Positions 1 to 7,715 of a stretch of 38,941 bases of DNA are shown here, in pieces. This DNA is from a virus. Its lineage: Duplodnaviria; Caudoviricetes. The stretch lies in the IMG/VR virus record IMGVR_UViG_3300043567_000557, positions 1 through 38,941 of that record; one strand, 5' to 3'. The notes below the pieces were generated by a model, which was not told the origin of the DNA, searched no databases, and worked only from the letters and a program-made list of their open reading frames with translations. The stretch's first letter is position 1. Each line of letters opens with the position of its first letter. A program made the translations under genes and the position numbers.

Positions 1-413
1 TTAGCATCGCTGTAACGGGCTTCTAAGGTGGCATATTGGTCAAGGGTTACATAGTTAGCAGATTCAGCCTGAGAGACCGCTGGAAGCAAATCTGCGAGGT
101 TTTGAGTGGTTCCTGCGACTGAGAGTGGCAGAGCAATTGCAAAAGAACGCCCACCAGCAAAGTTTTCCTCTAAGTTGTAGACGAAAGGCTCAGGAACTAC
201 ATCGGGGTCATTGGTTACTGGAACTGTAATACTGAAGGAGCCAGTAGCATCAAAAGTCTTTTGAATGATTACTGGGATAATAATTACATTCGCCGCTGTC
301 TCTTTGAGGATTGTTTGTGGGGTAAACGAAATAGACCCACGCACAGGGTTTCCACTTAAATCAACATAAGTACCTACAACCGTGCAGGTAGCCAGCGATG
401 CAGGTAAAGCCAT
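1..413 (-). CDS. Virion structural protein (minor tail/head-associated type), partial, runs off left end
   Basis: Not in ORF track; read manually from ATG at 413: MALPASLATCTVVGTYVDLSGNPVRGSISFTPQ...TNDPDVVPEPFVYNLEENFAGGRSFAIALP..., open to base 1; lies downstream of capsid genes. Confidence 0.6.
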   Translation of the reverse strand, partial: MALPASLATCTVVGTYVDLSGNPVRGSISFTPQTILKETAANVIIIPVIIQKTFDATGSFSITVPVTNDPDVVPEPFVYNLEENFAGGRSFAIALPLSVAGTTQNLADLLPAVSQAESANYVTLDQYATLEARYSDA

Positions 414-416
414 TTT

Positions 417-573
417 TTATACGCTTCCCTGACGAAGAATGTTTACTGTCTGAGTTCCGCTTGCAACGACTCCATAAAGTTTTTCGTCGTCGTCCAACTC
501 AATAGATAGGTTTAATCCTGCACCTAAAAGAAATCCATAACTTGTGGTTGTGACTTTGGTGTGTTACTGCCAT
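417..573 (-). pseudogene. Small structural-region gene disrupted by frameshift/internal deletion near 555
   Basis: AAGGAG RBS + ATG(573) gives MAVTHQ then stops after 24 codons; the +1 frame reads VTTTSYGFLLGAGLNLSIELDDDEKLYGVVASGTQTVNILRQGSV* and ends 3 nt before the next ATG. Confidence 0.55.
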
Positions 574-593
574 TTTGAACTCCTTGGGATAGA

Positions 594-625
594 AATGGGC
601 GGTTCATTTTATCGAACCGCCCATT
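594..625 (-). terminator. Intrinsic terminator-like hairpin
   Basis: 12-bp perfect stem AATGGGCGGTTC/GAACCGCCCATT, 8-nt loop, just after stop of 629..886; weak U tract. Confidence 0.6.
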
Positions 626-628
626 CGA

Positions 629-886
629 CTATTCGGTTGCTTTTACTTTTTTAGCCTTTGGCTTCTCTTCCACTACTGGAGTTTCTGCCACAACTTCTTC
701 AACCTTTGGTGCTTCAACCTTTGGGGCTTCAGCCTTCTTGATTGGAGTTGGCTCAACATCAAGAATCTTGATGTAGCGATTAGAATTAAGTGTCTTAGCA
801 TGACGCCAAGTTGAAACATCAACGATGTCTCCGACTTTAAGCATGACGCCTTGAGCGTTCAATGGTTTAAGAATTTGTGCTTTCAT
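629..886 (-). CDS. Small head-region protein with EAPKV repeats
   Basis: 85-aa ORF in structural operon with a low-complexity charged C-terminus. Confidence 0.6.
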   Translation of the reverse strand: MKAQILKPLNAQGVMLKVGDIVDVSTWRHAKTLNSNRYIKILDVEPTPIKKAEAPKVEAPKVEEVVAETPVVEEKPKAKKVKATE

Positions 887-890
887 TTGA

Positions 891-1361
891 CTACTTTCGG
901 TAGATAACTACTGCTGTTGCAGAAGCGATGCGAGCAACAAATGTAGCACTTGAAGCGGCCGCGATTGTTACTGAACCAACAAGAGTTGTTCCTGTGTTTA
1001 CTGTCAAAGTTAAAGCGTGTGTGCTTCCTGCAAGGTTAATGATTGTGAACTCGAAACCAAGACCTGTATCTGTTCCTGCATCAACAGCCGCGACAAGAGC
1101 CTCTGCTGTTGGAGCCTGAATGTTACGAGCCTCTGTTGGAGTTGCAACGATAATTCCACCAAGCAACTCAGCCGCGCTGATTGCCATTGAAGCGCCATCT
1201 GCCTCAGTTGTTACTGTGACTCCCTTACCAAATGCACCTGTAATGTAAGCGTCATCGCCAATATTTAGGTCATCGGTGGTTGTTACATCATCTGCTGTAA
1301 TTGCTGAATCAACTGTTAATGCGCCTACGAGAGCCTCGCCCTTAGTAAGTCTGTTTGCCAT
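891..1361 (-). CDS. Putative capsid decoration/head-fibre protein
   Basis: 156 aa, Ala/Thr/Gly-rich and beta-rich, directly after the major capsid gene, AAGGA RBS. Confidence 0.55.
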   Translation of the reverse strand: MANRLTKGEALVGALTVDSAITADDVTTTDDLNIGDDAYITGAFGKGVTVTTEADGASMAISAAELLGGIIVATPTEARNIQAPTAEALVAAVDAGTDTGLGFEFTIINLAGSTHALTLTVNTGTTLVGSVTIAAASSATFVARIASATAVVIYRK

Positions 1362-1381
1362 TTATTTTCCTTTTCTAAGAA

Positions 1382-1415
1382 AGAAGGGGAGAGTCAATTA
1401 AGACTCCCCCCTTCT
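1382..1415 (-). terminator. Intrinsic terminator after major capsid gene
   Basis: Minus strand AGAAGGGGGGAGTC-TTAATT-GACTCTCCCCTTCT followed by TTCTT; 14-bp stem with one G-U pair. Confidence 0.75.
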
Positions 1416-1425
1416 ATTAACTTAA

Positions 1426-2403
1426 TTACGCGACGATTGTGTTCCAGAAGTAACCGAGGTCTGACGCGATTACCTTGTTATCAAACGCCATTTCCGCTTC
1501 AATGCGGTCAGACTTGATTGATTCCATACGGAACTGTGATGTTCCGATAGTTGCACCTAGTCCGCCTGATACGCCAGTCCATGAGAATGTGTATCCAGCA
1601 GAAGGTGTCAATAGTCCAGGCTGAGGAGCAACATGGGTAAGCAAAGCGCCCTTGCCATAAGCAAAGCCGTATGCGCCTGTTGCGCCTTCGTTGTTTGTAG
1701 CCTTAACAGCCTTCGCAACCATGACGCGTGGGATGTCGAACATCGCCGCAATCATGTCTGTTGTGATTGTCTGTGAAGATGTGTACTTAATACGGTCTAC
1801 CAAGTCAGGGTGGTTCTTAAGTGACTTGAATGTGTCGTATCCGAGTACAAGAGTGTTTGCTTCCATTCCTGTGTTGCTAAGAATCTCAGCCTTACCCTCT
1901 TCAATATCAGAAATTGGGTCTGATGATGTGTAATCTGACCATTGAAGTGTCTGACCTGAAGTTGGTGATGAAGCAACGCCTGTTACATCGTTTGCCCATA
2001 CGCCTGTTGTGAAGAAATCAGAAACAAACTGAAGTTCACGACGAAGCATCAAACGACGAGTTACGAACTCTGTTGCCTCGCGTAGTGGGTTCAAAGGTGC
2101 ATCTGCGTTAGCAGTTGTTTGGTCGTCTACATCCTTGTGGAAAGCCCATACATCTGCTGAGTATGTGCCTGTTGATAGGTTGTATCCGCCACCAGCAGAT
2201 TCAGTTCCAGGCGCACGGCGTTGAGCCTCATCGCGGAACCAATCATTCTTGGTGTAAGTAAAGTACTTGTCAGACTTCTTATCCACAGGAATTACTGGGA
2301 ATACCTTGTCTGCAATGAAGTTGTCCTGATTTTGTAGATACGCAACTGAGATGTTTGTCAGAATCGCATCGACATGGACGCTATTGATGTTTGGCTGTGG
2401 CAT
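1426..2403 (-). CDS. Major capsid protein
   Basis: 325 aa; N-terminal VHVDAILTNISVAY...FIADKVFP pattern typical of this capsid family; follows scaffold and decoration genes and precedes a terminator. Confidence 0.85.
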   Translation of the reverse strand: MPQPNINSVHVDAILTNISVAYLQNQDNFIADKVFPVIPVDKKSDKYFTYTKNDWFRDEAQRRAPGTESAGGGYNLSTGTYSADVWAFHKDVDDQTTANADAPLNPLREATEFVTRRLMLRRELQFVSDFFTTGVWANDVTGVASSPTSGQTLQWSDYTSSDPISDIEEGKAEILSNTGMEANTLVLGYDTFKSLKNHPDLVDRIKYTSSQTITTDMIAAMFDIPRVMVAKAVKATNNEGATGAYGFAYGKGALLTHVAPQPGLLTPSAGYTFSWTGVSGGLGATIGTSQFRMESIKSDRIEAEMAFDNKVIASDLGYFWNTIVA

Positions 2404-2417
2404 TGTTCAGTTCCCCC

Positions 2418-2813
2418 TTATGCCGCACGGTGCGGATTCGCACAGTTGATTACAGCGGTAACGATGTTTCCATCTGCCGCAGATTCGGTTAGGAGAGTTC
2501 CAGCGACATACTTGGTTGTGTCAGTTCCAGCGGTAAGAGCAACTGCCTTACCTGTTGAACCTGTTCCAACCTGAGCGCCTTCGCCGATTGCCGCTCCTGC
2601 AACAATCTTTGTACCTCCGACAACAAGCACTTCTGCTTCCTGTCCTGAAGTTGGTGCGTTCTGAAGGACTCCGACAGGAATATCAGTTGCGGCCGCGCAA
2701 GCGACTGCCTGACCTGAAGAGTTAATCTTCACGAAGTTGTACTGCAACGCGGAAAGGTCGGCACCTGCAACGAGGGTGACCTTTACCGAGTAATTGGAGA
2801 TTTCGTATGCCAT
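2418..2813 (-). CDS. Capsid decoration/cement protein (DUF2190-like)
   Basis: AGADLS...PVGVLQNAP...AGAAI..G pattern; located between scaffold and capsid. Confidence 0.7.
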   Translation of the reverse strand: MAYEISNYSVKVTLVAGADLSALQYNFVKINSSGQAVACAAATDIPVGVLQNAPTSGQEAEVLVVGGTKIVAGAAIGEGAQVGTGSTGKAVALTAGTDTTKYVAGTLLTESAADGNIVTAVINCANPHRAA

Positions 2814-2816
2814 GTT

Positions 2817-3611
2817 TTAGGCACCTTTCTCGGATAGGTATTGGCTGTAAAGGTCAGGGTTTTTTGTAGCGACATCAGCGAGCGCTTGCTCGAATGACTT
2901 TGCTACACCCTCTTCAACGGCTGACTTAGCAAGCGTAGTCATACGCTCATAAGCATTGCCTGATTTGAAGTCCGCAGATTTGCCGATTTCTGCAAAAATA
3001 TGGGCTGATTCAGCCTGTGCATTAACTGAAGAAATAATTTCTTCGAGTGACTTGGCGAGGTCTGCATCTGTTGATGCCAAACGACGAAGCGCTGGTCCAA
3101 CTTTGTCTGCATCTAGGTTGAGGTTAGCCCAACCCTTCGCCTTTTCGATTGCTTCTGCATCTGCCTTGGCTTCGCGCTCTTTGCGAAGTTCTTCAGTTGC
3201 ATCAGCCGCTTGCTTACGCAAGTCCTCAATCATCTTGACTACTGGCTCAGGAGCGGACTTCAAGAAGTCCTCTTCTACGGTCTCTGACTTCGACATTTCC
3301 ATCTCTTCTTCTTTTGTATCATAAGAAGCGAGTTTGGATTCAAGGTCTGCAATTTTCTTCATTGCATCCTCTAGTGTCATTTCAGCCTTTTCGACTTCGA
3401 CCTGCTCATCAGTAGCCGTGGTAGTTACTTCATCCTGAGTTACTTCAGGCATGGATTCCTCCTCGGTGAGCGTTTCGTCCAAGACTCTCTGAACTTCAGA
3501 TTCGTCGGCTGATTTCATAACCAGCCAACCTTCGTGTAAGTGTGCGGGATGGTCTACGCCGCTTGTTTCTTCGATGGCTAGATTCACCATCTTGCGGGTT
3601 TTATTTGCCAA
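2817..3611 (-). CDS. Capsid scaffold protein
   Basis: N-terminal LAIEETSGVDHPAH (EvS.VD.PA motif associated with XkdF-type head proteins), acidic coiled coil, C-terminal NPDLYSQY; TTG at 3611 fits the AGGAG RBS better than GTG 3617. Confidence 0.7.
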   Translation of the reverse strand: MANKTRKMVNLAIEETSGVDHPAHLHEGWLVMKSADESEVQRVLDETLTEEESMPEVTQDEVTTTATDEQVEVEKAEMTLEDAMKKIADLESKLASYDTKEEEMEMSKSETVEEDFLKSAPEPVVKMIEDLRKQAADATEELRKEREAKADAEAIEKAKGWANLNLDADKVGPALRRLASTDADLAKSLEEIISSVNAQAESAHIFAEIGKSADFKSGNAYERMTTLAKSAVEEGVAKSFEQALADVATKNPDLYSQYLSEKGA

Positions 3612-3629
3612 TGTCACTCCTAACGAACA

Positions 3630-3670
3630 GAGGTAGCATTTTTAAGCATAGGGCTTAAAAAACTAACCTC
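3630..3670 (-). promoter_or_regulatory. Long hairpin in 5' leader of scaffold/capsid operon
   Basis: GAGGT..TTTTTAAGC-CCTAT-GCTTAAAAA..ACCTC, between a TGG-TATTCT -10-like element near 3690 and the RBS. Confidence 0.4.
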
Positions 3671-3716
3671 GGGTCTCGACACATGAAGAATACCATAGGT
3701 GTAATTCGCCGCTTTT

Positions 3717-3983
3717 TTAGAGATTAGTTAAAACCCTCGTTTTGTGAAGAGCATCAGGGAGGGTGTTTGAAACTGACATTGCAAAAGGATTGTCATTAGC
3801 CCAAAAGCGAGCAACTCTGAAATGGAAGTCATTATCGTCCATCTTTGACCACACAAAAAAGGCTTGGGAATCGTTGGGCAAGATTACTTGAATTCCAGCA
3901 AACCCAGGCGGGGTTGATACCTTGCTAGTCCTTAGATTCATACCGTTAAGAATCTCAACGGTGCAATCAATGATTGTTTTCAT
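3717..3983 (-). CDS. Hypothetical protein
   Basis: 88-aa ORF; its start overlaps (ATGA) the stop of the start-less frame 3980..4219. Confidence 0.6.
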   Translation of the reverse strand: MKTIIDCTVEILNGMNLRTSKVSTPPGFAGIQVILPNDSQAFFVWSKMDDNDFHFRVARFWANDNPFAMSVSNTLPDALHKTRVLTNL

Positions 3984-4219
3984 CGTTTGTTTCGGGCAGG
4001 TGGGCGAAGGATGTCCATGTCATCCATCCACTTTGGGTCATCGGCATTATTGTCGAACTCACCCTCGGTGTCGTTATCGTCGTACTTAATTTTAGGTTTT
4101 TTATCTTTGTAATTTTTTGGCTCTGAAGAATCTTCGCCCTCTGAGTCATCGGTGTTGTATTTTCCACCATGAACTTTTTGGTCGTGTTGGGCGCCTAGAT
4201 GCTTGTCTAGGCTTAGGCT
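3980..4219 (-). CDS. Start-less -1 frame extension of 4213..4617 carrying a KHxxxxHDQKxHG tag and acidic/basic tail
   Basis: SLSLDKHLGAQHDQKVHGGKYNTDDSEGED...PPARNKR*; no start codon after the upstream in-frame TAA; A7 slippery run plus hairpin at the junction; ATGA coupling to the next gene. Confidence 0.65.
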   Translation of the reverse strand, partial: SLSLDKHLGAQHDQKVHGGKYNTDDSEGEDSSEPKNYKDKKPKIKYDDNDTEGEFDNNADDPKWMDDMDILRPPARNKR

Positions 4220-4617
4220 TTTTTTAGTGTTGAAACCTTATGTCCAACTTTTGTTTCAGTTGGCTTTCCATCACGGTACAACTGAATGAGAGCCGCTGGG
4301 TCATCTTCAGTTCCTTCAATTGTAAAACTTGAATCAGGAACATTGATTTTACCTTCACGCACAATGCGGACAACTTTTCCTGATGCGGTGCCACCTGATG
4401 AATTCCAAGAAACCATGTCACCTGTTGATACTGAAAGAGCCTTTTTCATTGAATAAGCCATATCACGCATAGCCTTTTCAATCATAGACTTTGCATAGCC
4501 TTTTAGACCTGAAATTCCTTTGTCAGAAACTTCTTTCTCAATCATTGAGTATTCTTCGTCCTTCATATTTTTCATAGGACCAAGGCGAAGTTCTTTGAGG
4601 ATTTTCATGTCTTTCAT
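4213..4617 (-). CDS. Head-region protein with DUF2945/Hva1 Tudor-like domain
   Basis: GDMVSWNSSGGTASGKVVRI...EDDPA...KVGHKVSTL. Confidence 0.65.
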   Translation of the reverse strand: MKDMKILKELRLGPMKNMKDEEYSMIEKEVSDKGISGLKGYAKSMIEKAMRDMAYSMKKALSVSTGDMVSWNSSGGTASGKVVRIVREGKINVPDSSFTIEGTEDDPAALIQLYRDGKPTETKVGHKVSTLKKA

Positions 4618-5318
4618 TTGGTTTCCTTCTTCTTTTTCTTAGGTTTCATAATTGTATCAACATGAACATCGGTAACAGTTGGGTCGTTCTTTTCCATGTC
4701 CACATATAGGCGCTCTGCTCGTCCACCAATCGAATAGCCAAGAATCTCGCCTCGTTGAATCTTCTCCCATGCCCAATCCTCCCAAATAACACCAAGAAAA
4801 ACTGTGTGTGGAGGATAAGTATGATTCACTTCAATTCCACTAGGGGTAGTAATTGGAACTGTTAATTCATATGGGAATGACATAACTTCAACCCATTCAC
4901 CAGCAACAATCTCACGATTATGTTGCAATCGAATTCGTCGGTCATTAGTACGAACATAATCCCAAACTGCTCTTTGTAGTTCGTCCGCATCTGTCCACTC
5001 ACCATGAGCATCAATACGGTCAGGGATGTACATGGCTCCTAGTGTGTAGCGCTTATCGCCTTCAGCCTTTTGAACCTCGTAATTACCAATTGATTTTGCC
5101 AACTCTACAAACGCTTCAGGAAAGATTTGTTTAGCAATCTCGACTGTTATCTCATCGTAATCAGATGAGCCTTGGGTTAGTACCTCGACAATACGCTCTG
5201 AAGGCGTCCATGAGCCATTAGCCCATAACTGCTCAGATATTGTCTTGGGTGTTTCTAAATCAAGCCTGTAAAGGGCTACGGGCTGATTTTGGTTGTCCAC
5301 TCTTACGAAATAACGCAT
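4614..5318 (-). CDS. XkdF-type prohead serine protease with an extra ~70-aa N-terminal domain
   Basis: YIPDRIDAHGEW, RLQH, VEVM, WEKIQRGEILGYSIGG motifs; start re-assigned to MRYFV (ATG 5318, AGAGGAGG RBS). Confidence 0.8.
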   Translation of the reverse strand: MRYFVRVDNQNQPVALYRLDLETPKTISEQLWANGSWTPSERIVEVLTQGSSDYDEITVEIAKQIFPEAFVELAKSIGNYEVQKAEGDKRYTLGAMYIPDRIDAHGEWTDADELQRAVWDYVRTNDRRIRLQHNREIVAGEWVEVMSFPYELTVPITTPSGIEVNHTYPPHTVFLGVIWEDWAWEKIQRGEILGYSIGGRAERLYVDMEKNDPTVTDVHVDTIMKPKKKKKETK

Positions 5319-7537
5319 ACCGCAACTCCTCCTCTCATGAACCATAGTTTATCAACCCCAGTTGATTTAAGCAAGCCAGCCTGTTGAGCGGTCTCAAATT
5401 GCTGGACTACTAGGGTTCCGATGGTCAGCAACTTAGCGGTATTGGATGGACGAGGAATTGCTTTTGCAATATCAACCATCTTGTCCCATGAACTGCGTCG
5501 GACTGAATCATCCTTAGCCTCACGGTAAACCTGATACTCGTTATGTAGTTCTTTCTCTTTAACTGAGTGAGACTTTGGTGTGTGGACCTGAAGTTCGACT
5601 GTCACGCCGTCCTTTGTAGCCTTGATATTAGTTCCGTCGTAAGGGTCACCTGACTGCCAAAAGTTCTTAACGCGAAGTTGCCATCCAGTTGCTTCAAGAG
5701 CATTGACTGTACTTTCAAGACCCTGTGTGTAGTTTTCTTCTCCAACTGCCATGGTGTATCGAAGCGTATCTGAAACTGAAGCGCTCGCTTTTTCTTTATC
5801 GCCACCAAATTCTTTTTCTGCATCTGCATCAATTTTGCGAGCAAGCGAATCTGTTGATTTGACTCTTTGCTCAAGACCAATCAACTCTCCACCACTTTGA
5901 GCAACAAGACTCTTAACCAAGTTTGTAACTGTTGGCTCAACTGCAAGAGCGCGTTCACGAAGAGATGTAGCAAGTGCAACTGCTTCAGGTGAACGAGATG
6001 ACTTAGGCGCAACATCTTCAGCAAGACCAGTCGATACTGAGTTGTTAGCCCAACTTCCATGTGTTGCTTGGTCATGTGTGCCATGCTTTTCAAGTGGTTG
6101 CCATATCAAACTTTTCTTTGCTGGGGCATCGATAGCCTGACCTTCAAAACCATTTTTTGTAGCCCAGTCACGGGATACAGAAAGCGCCTCTTCTGCTGTT
6201 ACCGATAGACGGTAAACTGGTAACTTAGTCCCAGGATTATCAAAAGCAAAGCCGACTGATGCGCCCCATGTATGGTGACCATCAATAACAAAACCGTCGC
6301 TTGAAATCAAAATTCTTTCATCTTGAGGAATTCCACCCTCTTCACGGAATTTGTTGTAGATAGCACCTGAACGAGAAGATGAAATTTCTTTCTGAATAGG
6401 CTTGAGTTTTGTTGGGTCTACTTCTTCGGCGGTTGCAGTCACACCTTCAGATTTTTCAATCTCAGATAGAAAACGAGCGCGTTCTTTTCCAGGAATTTGT
6501 GGCATATCTTTTCGAGCAATACCCATTCCCTCATCACCAAATAAAAGTGTTCCATCAACACTCAACTCAGTAAGGTCAGGGTGGTCTGTTCGCTTTGCCG
6601 CGCCCATAAGAAATGCCGAAACATTCTCAGCCTCAACATGAGGATGCTTACCATCCAGCATTGCTTGAGCAATATCATCTGCCCAAGAGCCATGAGTTTT
6701 TTGGTCATGCTGACCTTGGTTATGTTTTGCAACTTCTTCTTTTTCAGCGCGAGCAACCATAGACTCAGCCCATGCGAATCCCGCATCTCCACCCCAAGCA
6801 TCCCAAGCAACTCGACCTGCGGATGGAAAACCTTTTTCGCCTTGGCTAAAACCAACTGCGTTCTTATCAACTTCGTGACGAGAGAAGAAAGACTTCATTC
6901 GTTTTAAGGTGTCTAGTGAAATGTTTTCACCTGATGCCAACTGTGATGCACGACGGCGACCAACTGAAGTAAATCCGCTTCCAGCCTTGCCATCTGCAAT
7001 CCAGTCAAGCGCACGACGCGCCGCATCTCGAACTGCCTTTGGAGGAGTGTTGTCTGCCTTTGAGAATCTTTCAATTTGTGCAAGACGCTCTTCAGCCTTT
7101 TTCTTTGAAGGATAGGTTCCGAACTTTCGTGTTCCCGTTGAATCGTAAACGGTGAACTTGCCATCCTCTTCACGAATCATCTTTTCCATAGGGTCAGACT
7201 CGACTGGCTCGATACGCATTTCATAGCCGTTTGAAGTTAGGAAAGTTTGGACATTGCCAATGTTTGTTCCAGCGGACTTAATAACATCATCAACCATTTC
7301 GGCTGGCAAGGATGAGCCAAGAGAAGTCAGGTCTACATCATTGATTGAATCAACAAGAATCTCGAACTTGTCCCATTCATCGACAGGGCGCTCCATCTTT
7401 CGTCGAGCCATCTCATTAAGAACTGTGTGGTGAACCTCGATAGTCGCTGGAGAGGCTTCAGATTTATGAATACGGTCATGAAGCGCTGTAAGTTGTTCAG
7501 CGCTGAGTGAGATTAACTTAGGAGCAATATCCGCCAT
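5303..7537 (-). CDS. Modular head-associated polyprotein: unknown domains + tagged ParB/Srx-like domain + tagged RelA/SpoT-type alarmone synthetase
   Basis: ParB-like LKPIQKEI...ISSDGFVIDGHHTW; SAS motifs RVKSTDSLARK, DTLRYT, YDGTN, VELQVHT; two HDQxTHGSW tags. Confidence 0.75.
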   Translation of the reverse strand: MADIAPKLISLSAEQLTALHDRIHKSEASPATIEVHHTVLNEMARRKMERPVDEWDKFEILVDSINDVDLTSLGSSLPAEMVDDVIKSAGTNIGNVQTFLTSNGYEMRIEPVESDPMEKMIREEDGKFTVYDSTGTRKFGTYPSKKKAEERLAQIERFSKADNTPPKAVRDAARRALDWIADGKAGSGFTSVGRRRASQLASGENISLDTLKRMKSFFSRHEVDKNAVGFSQGEKGFPSAGRVAWDAWGGDAGFAWAESMVARAEKEEVAKHNQGQHDQKTHGSWADDIAQAMLDGKHPHVEAENVSAFLMGAAKRTDHPDLTELSVDGTLLFGDEGMGIARKDMPQIPGKERARFLSEIEKSEGVTATAEEVDPTKLKPIQKEISSSRSGAIYNKFREEGGIPQDERILISSDGFVIDGHHTWGASVGFAFDNPGTKLPVYRLSVTAEEALSVSRDWATKNGFEGQAIDAPAKKSLIWQPLEKHGTHDQATHGSWANNSVSTGLAEDVAPKSSRSPEAVALATSLRERALAVEPTVTNLVKSLVAQSGGELIGLEQRVKSTDSLARKIDADAEKEFGGDKEKASASVSDTLRYTMAVGEENYTQGLESTVNALEATGWQLRVKNFWQSGDPYDGTNIKATKDGVTVELQVHTPKSHSVKEKELHNEYQVYREAKDDSVRRSSWDKMVDIAKAIPRPSNTAKLLTIGTLVVQQFETAQQAGLLKSTGVDKLWFMRGGVAVCVIS
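5346..5374 (-). promoter_or_regulatory. Internal sigma70-type promoter with AACCCCAGTT operator, driving the protease gene
   Basis: TTGCTT-17 nt-TAAACT; operator at 5354-5363 inside ATCAAC-N4-GTTGAT palindrome. Confidence 0.55.
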
Positions 7538-7568
7538 GTTGCAATGATAGCGGATTACTTTCTAACTG

Positions 7569-7715
7569 TTATTTAGTTTCCTCAACCGAGGTTAGATTCT
7601 CTGCAACAATCTTATCTAAAATAGCAATCTCTTGGTCGCTTGGGTTGCCCTCATAATCTGAAGGCATGGAAGCATCGATTCTTGCTATGGCTTGAAGTCT
7701 CTGCTCTCTGTTCAT
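7569..7715 (-). CDS. Small protein (48 aa), candidate partner/immunity of upstream GNAT module
   Basis: Manual: MNREQRLQAIARIDASMPSDYEGNPSDQEIAILDKIVAENLTSVEETK*; ATGA overlap with upstream stop. Confidence 0.55.
   Translation of the reverse strand: MNREQRLQAIARIDASMPSDYEGNPSDQEIAILDKIVAENLTSVEETK

Noticed and set aside
3967-4170. 67-aa ORF MVENTTP from the ORF track
   Set aside because: The overlapping start-less frame carries the conserved tag and couples to the next gene, so it explains the region better.
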